Shown: one piece after another, positions 38,805 to 49,048 of the stretch | Numbering within the stretch: position 1 is the first letter of the stretch | Layout of the letters: each line of letters starts with the position of its first letter | Origin: Acidobacteriota bacterium | GTDB taxonomy: Bacteria; Acidobacteriota; Thermoanaerobaculia; Multivoradales; UBA5704 | DNA: 64,000 bases | Direction: 5' to 3' | Assembly: GCA_040005235.1 (NCBI GenBank) | Contig: JBDTZG010000003.1 | Location: forward strand, 96,001 to 160,000 | The notes under the pieces: model-generated | What the model was told of the DNA's origin: nothing | The model's database searches: none | The model's input: only the letters and a program-made list of their open reading frames with translations | Made by a program: the position numbers and the translations under genes

Positions 38805-40738
38805 GGGGTTCCCTTCGAGTGCGGAGCGGTGAGGCCGGGAGGAGTCGATCGCGCGGTTCCGAGCGCAAAAAAGTCGCGCACCGCCGCCTCGGCGGGCCGG
38901 CCGAGAAAGCGAAAGTCGGCCCGGCCGGAGCGTTGCGCCGCCGCGCTCTCGTCGCTGAACGACTTCCAGACGAATACCCCGGCGAGCCACGGCCGGCGGC
39001 CGAGCGCGGTGAGCAGCGCACGATAGGCGCGCAGCTGGTCCTGCTCGTCGAGGTCGCCGCCTTCGGCGTTCGGCTCGCGCCAGGCCGCGCGGCGCGCCGA
39101 AAACCCGACTTCGGTGAGCAGCAGCGGACGGCGCGCCTTCTGGGCGATCCGCGCGAGGCGGCCGACGACCTCTTGGGCTCCGCGATCGAGATCCGCGTCG
39201 GTCGCCTGATCGCCCGCGGCGAGCGGATAGTAGGCATCGACGCCGACGAAATCGAGCGCATCCCAAAACGGAATCTCCGGCGCCCGATCCCAGTTCGCGG
39301 CGTAGGTCACCTGGCCGGGAAAGATCGCCCGCACCGCGGCGATCAGCTCCCGCCAGGAGCGCTCCCGTTCCGGCCCGATCGCCGTCCGGTCGAGCTCGAC
39401 GCCGACGCAGAAGAGCTCGGCCTGCGTCCAGGCGGCGAGCATCGCGTGATGGAGCACGTAGCGCCGGTAGCCGCTCCACCATTGCGCCCAGGACGCCTCG
39501 TCGCGCATTTCGATCTCGCCCGGCCAGCTGTCGTGCCCCACCCAGAGGTGCGGTTTCCAGAGCACGGATAGACCCTGCGCGTGGGCGCGCCGCGCGGCAT
39601 GGATCAATCCGACATCGGTCTCGGATGAGGGGTGATCTCCCAGGAAGGCCAGCCCCGGCGCGTGGGGGTCGCGCTCGAAGGCGAACGGCATCAACGAAAC
39701 GGAGTCGGCGCCCAGCCCGGAGAGGCGGGCGTACTCCCGGTCGACGCTCGGTGCGTGGTAGCCGCCGTCGATCGAGTTGAGCATTGCGAAGGAGACGCCG
39801 CGCAGAAAACGGCTCGGGCCGAGGCTGCCGGCCGCCAGGGCGAGGGCGTTCTTCGGGGTTGCCCCGGAGGCCATGCCGGCGGCCCTACCGGCGAGTGCCG
39901 CCAGCTGGGACCCGAGCGCGGCCGGCTCCGGCAACCCTCCACCGAGCTTTTCGGCCAGCGTCTTGCCCGGGCGCCGGTCGATCCACGCCGCCGCGACCGG
40001 CGTCGCGAGTAGCCGGGAGGCGTCTCTCGGCCGATCCACGGCGAGCAGCTCGGCGGCGGAGGGAAACGCGCCGGCTCGCGCGAGCGGGCCGAGCCACTCC
40101 TCGAAGGGGCGGCCGTACCAGGTCCCTGCGGCCAGCCAGAGCGCAGCGCCGTCGGCGATCCCCGGCGGAAGCGCCGGAAGCGCCGAGCGCGCGAGGAGCC
40201 GGTGCGCCACGGCAAATCGATACGCCTCGCGGTCGGCGGGATCGAAGACCAAGGTCAGGTCGGCGCGTCCCCCCGCCACCGCTTCGCCGACGGCGCCGGT
40301 CGCCCGCGCCTGGGCGGTGAAGTCCGGCTCGACCGCGATCTCAACGTTGAGGGCGCCGAGGCCACCGAGGCCACCGAGGGCGCCGAGCGGTCCCGCGTAG
40401 GGCAAGCGAGCCGCCATCGAGTGGAGCGAGCGATCCAAATCGGCCGCCAGCTCGGCCAGCTCCGCGCGATGCGGATCGCCCGAAGACACCCGCAGCGCGA
40501 TCTCACCGCTTCTCAAGATCTCCGTCCCGGCGACAACCTTGGCCGGATCGGTCGCCGAAGCCGGCGATGACGCTGGAGAACCGGCCCGGGCCTCGGCCGA
40601 CGCGTCGGCTGACGCGAACGGAGGATCGGGAGCCGGCGCCGCCTCGGCCTGCTCGGCCGGCCGGCAGGCGGAGGCGACAAATACCAGCAGGAAGAGCCCG
40701 AAGGGCCGAAACTCGAAGCGCGAAACGCGGAAACTCAT
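38801..40738 (-). CDS. lipoprotein with C-terminal GH113-like TIM barrel
   Basis: ASAC lipobox; KPHLW, GVEL, TYAANWD, FWDALDFVGVDAYYPL, TEVGF. Confidence 0.8.
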   Translation of the reverse strand: MSFRVSRFEFRPFGLFLLVFVASACRPAEQAEAAPAPDPPFASADASAEARAGSPASSPASATDPAKVVAGTEILRSGEIALRVSSGDPHRAELAELAADLDRSLHSMAARLPYAGPLGALGGLGGLGALNVEIAVEPDFTAQARATGAVGEAVAGGRADLTLVFDPADREAYRFAVAHRLLARSALPALPPGIADGAALWLAAGTWYGRPFEEWLGPLARAGAFPSAAELLAVDRPRDASRLLATPVAAAWIDRRPGKTLAEKLGGGLPEPAALGSQLAALAGRAAGMASGATPKNALALAAGSLGPSRFLRGVSFAMLNSIDGGYHAPSVDREYARLSGLGADSVSLMPFAFERDPHAPGLAFLGDHPSSETDVGLIHAARRAHAQGLSVLWKPHLWVGHDSWPGEIEMRDEASWAQWWSGYRRYVLHHAMLAAWTQAELFCVGVELDRTAIGPERERSWRELIAAVRAIFPGQVTYAANWDRAPEIPFWDALDFVGVDAYYPLAAGDQATDADLDRGAQEVVGRLARIAQKARRPLLLTEVGFSARRAAWREPNAEGGDLDEQDQLRAYRALLTALGRRPWLAGVFVWKSFSDESAAAQRSGRADFRFLGRPAEAAVRDFFALGTARSTPPGLTAPHSKGTP

Positions 40739-40940
40739 CCTCGCGAGGATACCCCGACTCGTCGGCCACGCTTTCGGGCATGAATCGTGCGTTAAGGCCG
40801 AGACGAGACGACCCGAAAAACAAATTTCACGAAGTGGTCATTTGGTTGTCCCTTCAAACGGGTCGAGCGGAAACGGATAGGAGAGGGAGAGAAATTTCTT
40901 GCAGCGTGTCCTTTCCGAAGGGCACGAGGAGGAGAGACCG

Positions 40941-41294
40941 GTGAGCAAGGCAACAGATAGCAAGGAAGCGGGCAGCAAGAACCTGAAGCCGATGGCGATC
41001 CAGGAGTTCCTGCGCGCACGGTCGAGCCGGAAAGACAATCGCGAGATCGTCCGCGACCTGCTGCGCGGCGTCGGCGCCGAAACCATGGCCGCAGCAGCCA
41101 CGAAGAGCGGCGTTGTCTCGGCGCTGTCCGGATTCGGTGACAGCCCTGACCGTTTCGATCCCGATCCGAGCCGCTATTCCGACGCCTTTTCCCGCCTGCT
41201 CGGGCCGGCCGCCGAGCGGGCGAGCCGCCCCGCTTCCGGGCTCGAATGGCAGGTGGTAGACCGGGAGGTCGTGGCGCTCCCGAACGTCGGCTGA
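40941..41294 (+). CDS. hypothetical 117-aa protein
   Basis: RBS GAGGAGGAG before GTG, preceded by a hairpin at 40906-40927. Confidence 0.6.
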   Translation: MSKATDSKEAGSKNLKPMAIQEFLRARSSRKDNREIVRDLLRGVGAETMAAAATKSGVVSALSGFGDSPDRFDPDPSRYSDAFSRLLGPAAERASRPASGLEWQVVDREVVALPNVG

Positions 41295-41623
41295 CCTCCG
41301 GCACGAATAGAACCGCCGTCGGCTCCCCTCCGGCGGCGCTGGTTGTAACGCCGCCCTCCCTCCGGGCGCCTATCATGGGGCGGTTCCAGTGAGGCCTGCC
41401 AGCCGAGCAGGAAGAGTTGCGCAAAGTCTTTCCCTAATTGACCTTCTCGGTCGATCGGCCTAAAGTCAATCCTCACGAAACGAGCCTCACGTGGGAGCCC
41501 CAAAGGCCCCCTGCCTGTGTTTTTCTGTTCTGACGCTCCGGCGGTTCCTCTCTCTTTTGTGCGAGAGGTCTCTCCTCCGGCCGCCGGGGAGCGCCAATTG
41601 GAGGGGAACCAAGGAGAATGGGG

Positions 41624-43330
41624 ATGAAAAACTTGCACGCCAAGAGTCTGGTACTGGCCCTCGTGTTGCTCCTGGGAGCAACTGTCGTCCCGGCGCACGC
41701 GGACGACTTTGCGTCGAGCGCTCTCGGCTCGAATCGCGTGACCTGGGACATCGCCGGGAATTACGATCGAGCGGTCCTCACCGTCTCCCGCCCGGACGGT
41801 ACGGTCTTCCGCAAAGAGTTCAAGGCCGGGGTGGTCCCCGCCTTTGACCTCACGGACGCCGCGGGCAACGTGGCCGCCGACGGCGCCTATACCTGGCAGA
41901 TCGTCCTTTCCCCCCGCCTCGACGCCCGGCAGAAGGACGCCCTTGCCGCCGCCCGGCGCACCAACGATGCCGCCGTCGAGGCGCGCATCCTCGCCGCCAA
42001 CGGGCTCAATAAGGCGCGCATCCAATCCGGATCGTTCGCCGTCGCGGGCGGCAGCACGGTCGCGCCCGACCTCCAGGAATCGACTCGCGCCGCGGCCCCT
42101 CGCGCCGCCGCGCCGCGCGATCCGGGTCCGATCACGCCTAACGACCAAGTGATCCCGGACGATCTGATTGTCCAGGGCAGCGCCTGCGTCGGTCTCGACT
42201 GCGTCAACAATGAGAGCTTCGGCTTCGACACCATCCGTCTAAAAGAGAACAATACCCGGATCAAGTTCGAGGACACCTCGACCGGTACCGGCTTCCCCAC
42301 CCACGACTGGCAGCTCACCGCGAACGACTCCGCCGGCGGCGGCGCAGAGAAGTTCTCGATCGAGGACATCACCGCCGCGACCGTGCCGTTCACCATCACC
42401 GGTTCCGCGGCCACCAACTCGATCTTCGTCGACTCGACCGGCCGCCTGGGCCTGCGCACCGCGACCCCCGTGCTCGACATCCACGTCTCGACCACCAACA
42501 CCCCGGCGATGCGGCTCGAACAGACCTCGGCCGGCGGCTTCACCGCGCAGACTTGGGACGTCGCTGGCAACGAGGCGAACTTCTTCGTCCGCGACGTGAC
42601 CGGCGGCTCGCGCCTGCCGTTCCGCATCCGGCCCGGCGCGCCGACCAGCTCGATCGACATCAACGCCTCGGGCAGTGTCGGCATCGGCACCGCCTCCCCG
42701 TCCGCCAAGCTGCATGTCCTAAGCAGCGGCGCCGCGGTCGACGATGGCAAGTTGTTCATCCAGAACTCCAGCGCCACGGTCCTCGCGCGCGAGATGCTGG
42801 AAATCCGCAACAACGGCGCCACGCTGCTGATCTTGAAAGACAGCGGCAACGCCTCCCGTTGGAGCTTCGGCTCGATTGGCGGCAATTTCGTGGTCGACGA
42901 CCAGCAAGACGCCGCGGTCGAGATGTCCCTCACCGGCGCCGGCAACATGACGATCGGCGGCACCCTGACTCAAGGGTCGAGCCGCGAGATCAAGGACGGC
43001 TTTACCGCCCTCGATCCGAAGGCCGTCCTCGCCAAGGTCACCGCCCTGCCGCTCACCCAGTGGAGCTACAAGGTCGACGGTCCGACCATCCGCCACATCG
43101 GCCCGATGGCCGAGGACTTCGCCGCCGCGTTCGGTCTCGGCGCCGACGATAAGCACATCGCCCCTAGCGACCAAGCCAGCGTCGCCCTGCTCGCGGTCCA
43201 AGGGCTCAACCAGCTGGTGCAGGAGAAGGACCAGCAGCTCGCCGACCTCAAGGCCCAGAACGACCAGCTCGCCTCCCGCTTGGCAAACCTGGAAAAGATG
43301 ATGCAGGACCTGGCGGCCCAGCAGAAGTAA
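41624..43330 (+). CDS. secreted fibre-like protein with C-terminal peptidase S74 intramolecular chaperone
   Basis: Signal peptide (PAHA); VGIGTASP.AKLHV repeats; SSREIK, W.YK, HIGPMAEDF...FGL, terminal coiled coil. Confidence 0.85.
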   Translation: MKNLHAKSLVLALVLLLGATVVPAHADDFASSALGSNRVTWDIAGNYDRAVLTVSRPDGTVFRKEFKAGVVPAFDLTDAAGNVAADGAYTWQIVLSPRLDARQKDALAAARRTNDAAVEARILAANGLNKARIQSGSFAVAGGSTVAPDLQESTRAAAPRAAAPRDPGPITPNDQVIPDDLIVQGSACVGLDCVNNESFGFDTIRLKENNTRIKFEDTSTGTGFPTHDWQLTANDSAGGGAEKFSIEDITAATVPFTITGSAATNSIFVDSTGRLGLRTATPVLDIHVSTTNTPAMRLEQTSAGGFTAQTWDVAGNEANFFVRDVTGGSRLPFRIRPGAPTSSIDINASGSVGIGTASPSAKLHVLSSGAAVDDGKLFIQNSSATVLAREMLEIRNNGATLLILKDSGNASRWSFGSIGGNFVVDDQQDAAVEMSLTGAGNMTIGGTLTQGSSREIKDGFTALDPKAVLAKVTALPLTQWSYKVDGPTIRHIGPMAEDFAAAFGLGADDKHIAPSDQASVALLAVQGLNQLVQEKDQQLADLKAQNDQLASRLANLEKMMQDLAAQQK

Positions 43331-43511
43331 GGGAAGGTCGAGCAGTTGATCGCCCAACCGGCGACGGGATCATTCCTGCCGCCGGTTGGCCCGCGAAGGA
43401 ATCAAGACCTTCGTAGAGTCAATTTCTCGGCGCAGAGTCCGGTACGGGCAGCTAGGAGTTCTGGCTGAAGAATGAAGGATCGGAGAACGAGGCGCATCGA
43501 GGGTCCTCAAG

Positions 43512-45833
43512 TCACCGATGTGCACTCGGTTCACTCGTGGCACCGCTCCCACCTGTCTTAGCCATGTCCAGATCAAGTACGCCGCCAGCCTCCAAATTAC
43601 CCCCCACGCAAGAACGAGAGTCCACCAAGCCTGCGTTGAGAATCGCGGCGTCGAGCGGCGCGAAACAGGCTTGATACCTTCCGGGCGCCAGGCCCGGGAT
43701 CACCAAGCGGGGATGAAACGGAATGATGGGCGACCCCTGTTTCTGCGCCCACTGTGCGAGCGCAGAGAGGGAGAGGAACAGGCCGTCTTGAGAGATGGCG
43801 AGCATCTCCTTTCGATTCAAGCGCTCTTCGAAATCGTCCGGGAGCTCGATGGCGAGGCTTCCTTGTTCGGGTGACAGATATACGGTGCCTCCCGGTCGCG
43901 GAAGACGCAAGCCTCGTAGACCGTAGCCGGGAGCGAGAACGATCGTGATGGCCTCAGTCACCCGGGCAGGAAGGTGGGCCTCGAATCGGCCGTCGAGATC
44001 CGACTGCACCGTGTCGGAGAGGTCCGGGCCGGGCTTTGACGAGAAGAGGAGGATGGAAGCCCCAGCCACAGGACCGGACTCGCTCTGAACACGACCCGCC
44101 CAAGTACCTGCCCGGCGAAGTTCAAGAACGATCGGTCCCGTCGCCGCTTTGGCATCGACCACTCGCACCAGCGGCTCGCTGGATTGCCGATCGCCGCGTT
44201 CGCCAAAGTCTGCCACGAAAGTCGCTTCACCTTCCGGTATGCCATAGAACTCGAATGCGCCTTTCTTGTCGGCCGTGGTGTGAAAGGAGCCTCCCTTCTT
44301 GGCGCTAACGGCCACCAAGGCAGCCTCGGCCGGTTGGCCGGCGGCGTCGACCACGCGCCCGAAGACGCGACTGGCCGGGATTTCAATCTCGACGTCGGCT
44401 CGGTGCTCGCTGGTTGGCTCGACCTTCACCGAAACCCTAGAGGTTCGAGAAGGCTCTCCCCATTCGACATCGACCACCCAACCACCCCCATGCGGGAGCA
44501 CGCCAAAAAACTCGCCGCTGTTCGCCTCCATTTGAACCCGTTCCGCACCGTACTTGCCACCAAAAAGGAGCACGGCATCGAGCGCCTCGTCGGCCCGCCG
44601 AACCGTCCCGCGGATACTCAACAGGTCGAGGCGGATCTCGCGCCGTTCTCCGCTCGCTCCTCCTACACGAAACTGCTGGTCAAACCAATAGTTGTTGCCG
44701 ATCGCATCACTGATCGTTGCGCTGTAGGACCCCGCTTCCAGGCCTTTCGCATGCACGATGCCTTGCTCGTTCGTAGCCCCCTCGAAGGCCGGTCCGTAGC
44801 TGACTCTGTCGCTATGAATGAGCGTGAGCTGCCAAGGCTGCCCCTGCGGGTCCGCCTCAGGAATGATCACGACCTCCAGGTCGCTCGGCGCTTGCAGCAC
44901 CGCAGCGTCCTGCAACAGTGTCTGAATTCCCGCCAACACTTGGATCGGCCCCGAGACGAAGGGCGAGAGGCCCGCCTGGTCGACCTTCAGGCGATACACC
45001 CCGGGTGTGAGTGCGACAAATTCGAACGAGCCGTCCGGCGCCACCAGGCTCTCGTGGCCTGTACTCTGAATACTCAGGCCGAGTCGGGGGTTGCCGTTCG
45101 AAGGTCCGAGGGCGGGCTCGATCCGCGCGAAGCAAAGTCCAGGTGCAAGGGCTCCCCCTTCGACGCGGACCCACCCGGCCACCGAGCCCCCTTTACGCAG
45201 AATGAGTGGCTGAACGCTGCGGGCCTTGGACGCCGAGATCTCGACACTCCGGACGTACCCGGGGGCGAAACCGCCGCCAGGCTGAAACGACAGGTCAAGC
45301 TTCGTCGCCGGCAAGAGACATCGAAAGGTTACCGTTTCCGCGTTCTTGGGCTTCAGATCGCAGCCTGAACGGCCGTTCGGACCCTGTGTCTTTCTCTCCG
45401 CCGGAAGAAGGACGGCGATCTCAAGAGTCGTCGGCAATTTGTCGCGTTTGTCGCTGAGCTTCAACTCGCCTTCCACCACACCCAGAGGCCAAACCTCGAT
45501 TCGAACCGGTTGCTCGGTGAGCTTGGCTTCTACCGTGACAACCCGACGAACGGCCCAAAAACCTTCCGCTTCTAGACCGATCTCCCAGCGCCGCCCCAGA
45601 GGAAGCTCGACCGAGGAGCGCGCTCCGGGTCGAATCTCAACCCGGATCGGGTCCCCCGAATCCGCCGGACGCAGGATCCAATGACCGGCTGGTGGTTTCG
45701 GCGATTCCGCCTTGAGCTCAGCAACGAGGTCAACGCGGACGACCGCAGGCGCCGCCGAAGAGGGTTCCACCGATGCCCATGCCGCCAAGGCAAGAGCGAT
45801 GCTCCCGATCAGGAATGCGCTGAGAGATCTCAT
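43512..45833 (-). CDS. carboxypeptidase-regulatory-like repeat secreted protein
   Basis: Signal peptide; repeated G.V.D..G.P, D..G.F.F, L.PG.Y modules. Confidence 0.8.
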   Translation of the reverse strand: MRSLSAFLIGSIALALAAWASVEPSSAAPAVVRVDLVAELKAESPKPPAGHWILRPADSGDPIRVEIRPGARSSVELPLGRRWEIGLEAEGFWAVRRVVTVEAKLTEQPVRIEVWPLGVVEGELKLSDKRDKLPTTLEIAVLLPAERKTQGPNGRSGCDLKPKNAETVTFRCLLPATKLDLSFQPGGGFAPGYVRSVEISASKARSVQPLILRKGGSVAGWVRVEGGALAPGLCFARIEPALGPSNGNPRLGLSIQSTGHESLVAPDGSFEFVALTPGVYRLKVDQAGLSPFVSGPIQVLAGIQTLLQDAAVLQAPSDLEVVIIPEADPQGQPWQLTLIHSDRVSYGPAFEGATNEQGIVHAKGLEAGSYSATISDAIGNNYWFDQQFRVGGASGERREIRLDLLSIRGTVRRADEALDAVLLFGGKYGAERVQMEANSGEFFGVLPHGGGWVVDVEWGEPSRTSRVSVKVEPTSEHRADVEIEIPASRVFGRVVDAAGQPAEAALVAVSAKKGGSFHTTADKKGAFEFYGIPEGEATFVADFGERGDRQSSEPLVRVVDAKAATGPIVLELRRAGTWAGRVQSESGPVAGASILLFSSKPGPDLSDTVQSDLDGRFEAHLPARVTEAITIVLAPGYGLRGLRLPRPGGTVYLSPEQGSLAIELPDDFEERLNRKEMLAISQDGLFLSLSALAQWAQKQGSPIIPFHPRLVIPGLAPGRYQACFAPLDAAILNAGLVDSRSCVGGNLEAGGVLDLDMAKTGGSGATSEPSAHR

Positions 45834-46301
45834 GTCAGATCCGCTGCCCGCCGCCACAACCGCCGCCGCTCCCGGTGCCGCCACCACCGCTGCCGCCGCC
45901 GAAGTCGGGGTTGAGACAAGCACCGCCACTTTTCCTTGGAATGTCCTTTCAAGAGTTGTTGGTGCGCTCGACCTCTGAAACGTGACAACTCAGGTTTTCA
46001 TGTCGCGTTGCTCCTTTCCCGCGGCGCCTCCCGCCACCCCACGCTCCGCCGCAAGCCGCTCCCCCACCCTTCGCCGAAGGCCTGCACCCGGATTCCACCC
46101 GCTGACCCTCAAAGACCCAAGAGGCCGCGACTTCAATTCACACAATTCGCCGGGCGAGCTCGGCGGCCGAGCGTTGGAGGGGCGTAGCGCGCGGCCGGAC
46201 ACGCACGTCCAAAAGGTTTTCCATCGAACGCCGGCGGGAGCATTCCCCTGCCGCCGTTGTGGTTCGGGCGGAGCTGAGTCGGGATGCGCCCGCAACCTTC
46301 C

Positions 46302-46742
46302 CTACTCTTGAGCTCTGTCCGACGCCGGCCCGACCCGCCGCTCGAACCGCACGGCCAGGCGCATGATTTCCCTCCGCTGTTCCGCCGCCCATTCGCACAA
46401 TCGCCGGTCGACCGGATCGAGCGTCGCCCCCTCGACGGAGTCCGCTGGCTGCGGCTCGGCCGCCACCTCTTCCACGAAATCCTGGAGATGTCGTAGCTCG
46501 CGCCCCACGGCACGAAGCTTCGCCCGCCGGACCGATTCGCCGAGCCGTTTGGGGTCGAGCGGTTGCTCGCCCGCCCCTTTGTACAGCGCCTCGGCGACGT
46601 ACTCGACGATCTTCCGGATATTGGGTACCCACCGGAATCGCAGCAGCGCCGTCTCGCGCAACAATCCTCCTCGTCGACGCGCCTTCTCCATCTTGTCCAG
46701 CTCCTTTTCGATCGTTTCCTGGATCGGCCCCGGCTTTTTCAC
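46302..46742 (-). CDS. hypothetical helical protein, 146 aa
   Basis: GTGA coupling to the upstream gene; charged helical composition. Confidence 0.6.
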   Translation of the reverse strand: MKKPGPIQETIEKELDKMEKARRRGGLLRETALLRFRWVPNIRKIVEYVAEALYKGAGEQPLDPKRLGESVRRAKLRAVGRELRHLQDFVEEVAAEPQPADSVEGATLDPVDRRLCEWAAEQRREIMRLAVRFERRVGPASDRAQE

Positions 46743-47353
46743 CGCGCCACCCCCAGATCCCGCCACCACTCGTCGCGCAGCGCGCGCCGTGCGCGCCGCC
46801 GCATTCGAAGGAGATGGAGGAAGGGCCCCGGCTCGATCTGACCTCGGCGAAGGATTGCGGCCCAGACGCGCATAGAGATGTGACCGCCTTCGGGCAAGGA
46901 CTCGGCCCCTTCCTTCGCCAGGTTTTCGATCCGGCCGGCGAGGCCCGGAAGAAGTTCGCCGTGATTCAAAAAAAGAAAGGTACGCCCCAGCTCCAAAGCC
47001 GCCTCGGCAGCGGCGAGCGGGTCGTTCAGGTATTCGTACGCCCAGGCCGCCCGTTCGAACTGCAAGGCCGCTTCGGTGAAGTCGCCGTCTTTCGTGGCGG
47101 TTTCGCCGCGGTGCATGAGCATCCGGGCGAAGCGGCGGACGCTCCTGTCGTCGGGAAAGCTCGTGCGCGCCTTCCCGCGAGAAGCCCGGGGAGGGGGCGA
47201 GGGCGTGCCCTCGCCTTTTGTTGCGGCGGTGGGGTGGGCTTCGGTTTGCGGAGAAGGAGAAAAAGGAGGGCGCGCGTCGATCCTTCCTGCCCGCGCGCCC
47301 CGGGAAACGGAGGGCCGGCGCCTGCTCGAATTGCGGTTGGGGGCGTCGGCCAT
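46739..47353 (-). CDS. short TPR-like protein, divergent from the first XRE-TPR regulator
   Basis: GDFTEAALQFERAAWAY..AAEAALELGRTF; start uncertain. Confidence 0.6.
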   Translation of the reverse strand: MADAPNRNSSRRRPSVSRGARAGRIDARPPFSPSPQTEAHPTAATKGEGTPSPPPRASRGKARTSFPDDRSVRRFARMLMHRGETATKDGDFTEAALQFERAAWAYEYLNDPLAAAEAALELGRTFLFLNHGELLPGLAGRIENLAKEGAESLPEGGHISMRVWAAILRRGQIEPGPFLHLLRMRRRARRALRDEWWRDLGVAR

Positions 47354-47570
47354 GCGTCAGACGATAAGCACGAGCGCCACCGCAGTCTTTGAAGCTGGGC
47401 AAGATTTCATGCCCCGGGTACTGCGAATGACAAGTTCGTTCCGAAGACGACGCCCGTCCGGCCATGGGGTTACCTGGCGTCGCGCGAGGTGTTTCGCGGG
47501 GCCGCAAGGCACGTAATTCCGTGTCACGCTAAGCACTTGGTGCGCACCTTCAATTCAAAGAGATCCCTAC

Positions 47571-49007
47571 ATGTCCCGCACGACGGACCCGGTGCTGCTG
47601 AGCGCGTTCAAGGCTCTGTGTTCTCTCCTGGAATGGAGCTGGGGGGAGTTTGCCCGCGCCTTGGGCCTTTCGCGCAACACGCTCCACCGGATCGAAAAGG
47701 GATTGTCCAAGCTGTCGGAGGAAAAGCAGGAGAAGGCGAAAGCGATTCTGGGCGTCACTCCCGAGGAATTCGAAGCCGCCGTCCATTTGGCGACGCTGAT
47801 CTTCAATCGACGCAACGCGGGGATCGCTTCGCCCGCCCCCGGCAGCCGCCGCGCCCGGCTCGCCAAGCATTTTGACGCGGCGGTGCGCGACACGCGCGCC
47901 TTTCTGGAGTCGAGAATCCGAGCGATCGAGGTCGACGAGGCAAAGGAAGAGGCGGAACAGCTCTGGAAGGAGTTGGCCACGAGGCCCCAGAAAGAGCGAA
48001 TCCTGCGGGTCGAGACGTGCGACGAGTTTCTGACCCCGGCGTTCATCGCCCGGGTGTGCGACGAGAGCGTCAAGGCCGCCGCCAAGCGAGCGTCGGATTC
48101 GGTCGACCTGGGGAATCTTGCGTTGAAGGTCGCAGAGCGCGCGCCCGGGACGGAAGCGCAACGGGCGGGGCGCTTGTGGCAAGCCTGGGCTTTCGTGGGC
48201 AATGCTCACAGGGTATGCAACGAATTCGGAGAAGCGGACCTGGCGTTCGCCTCGTCCGGCGAGACCGGCAAATTGGGTGAAGGCGAAGAGCCGGAGTTTT
48301 TCGATCCAGCTAGACCCTTGGACCTAGAGGCTTCCCTTCGAAGGAACCAGGGGCGATTCAGGGATGCCTTGTTGCTGCTCGATCGGGGATTGCAAATCTG
48401 TTGGCCCTCCTCGCGTTCTCGGATCCTTCTCCAACAGGCGACAACACTGGAGCAGAATGGTGACCCGGGGAAAGCAATGGCGGCCCTGGAGGAAGCGCGG
48501 CCTGCGATCGAGCGTGGCGAAGGTGAGCCTCGGTCCAGATGGGTGTTGAATTTCAATGTGGTGAAGAACCTGGTGCATCTGGACCGCGGCGCCGAAGCCG
48601 AAGCCAGGCTTCCTGAAGTGCGGACTCTCGCGGCGGAGCTGGGGAACAATCTTGATCTCTTGCGCACTCGGGCTCTTGGAGGCCAAGTATTGGCAGTAGC
48701 GGGTCACCGTTCTCTGGCATTGCGCGAACTTCGAGCGGTGCGCCTCGAATTTTCGGCACTCTTTTTACGGGCCGACTCTGCTGTTGTTGGCCTCAACGAA
48801 GCCGCGATCCTCCTCAGCGAGGGCCGAAACGTCGAAGTACGGGCGCTGACTAGTGAGATGCGCCCGGTCTTCAATACGCTGGGTCTCGAACGACAGTCAC
48901 TCGCAGCCGTACGGCTGTTCCTGGAAGCCGTGGAGCGTGATGCGGCTACGGTAGCCCTGGCGCGAGAAGCCGCCCGCTGCATTTGCCGGTTGCCTCGCCG
49001 TAGTTAA
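47571..49007 (+). CDS. XRE-family HTH + TPR regulator (paralog 1)
   Basis: WSWGEFARALGLSRNTLHRIEKG HTH, then TPR-like helices. Confidence 0.85.
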   Translation: MSRTTDPVLLSAFKALCSLLEWSWGEFARALGLSRNTLHRIEKGLSKLSEEKQEKAKAILGVTPEEFEAAVHLATLIFNRRNAGIASPAPGSRRARLAKHFDAAVRDTRAFLESRIRAIEVDEAKEEAEQLWKELATRPQKERILRVETCDEFLTPAFIARVCDESVKAAAKRASDSVDLGNLALKVAERAPGTEAQRAGRLWQAWAFVGNAHRVCNEFGEADLAFASSGETGKLGEGEEPEFFDPARPLDLEASLRRNQGRFRDALLLLDRGLQICWPSSRSRILLQQATTLEQNGDPGKAMAALEEARPAIERGEGEPRSRWVLNFNVVKNLVHLDRGAEAEARLPEVRTLAAELGNNLDLLRTRALGGQVLAVAGHRSLALRELRAVRLEFSALFLRADSAVVGLNEAAILLSEGRNVEVRALTSEMRPVFNTLGLERQSLAAVRLFLEAVERDAATVALAREAARCICRLPRRS

Positions 49008-49048
49008 GTTCTCGATCCACGGAGCGCGCTCCGAGTTCATTCCGTGGC

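Noticed and set aside
41295-41617. c-di-GMP or other riboswitch upstream of the S74 gene
   Set aside because: Only isolated GCAAA/CCTAA words; I could not build the consensus stems by eye. Infernal would settle it.
41624-43330. prophage tail gene
   Set aside because: Signal peptide present; no terminase, capsid or integrase nearby.
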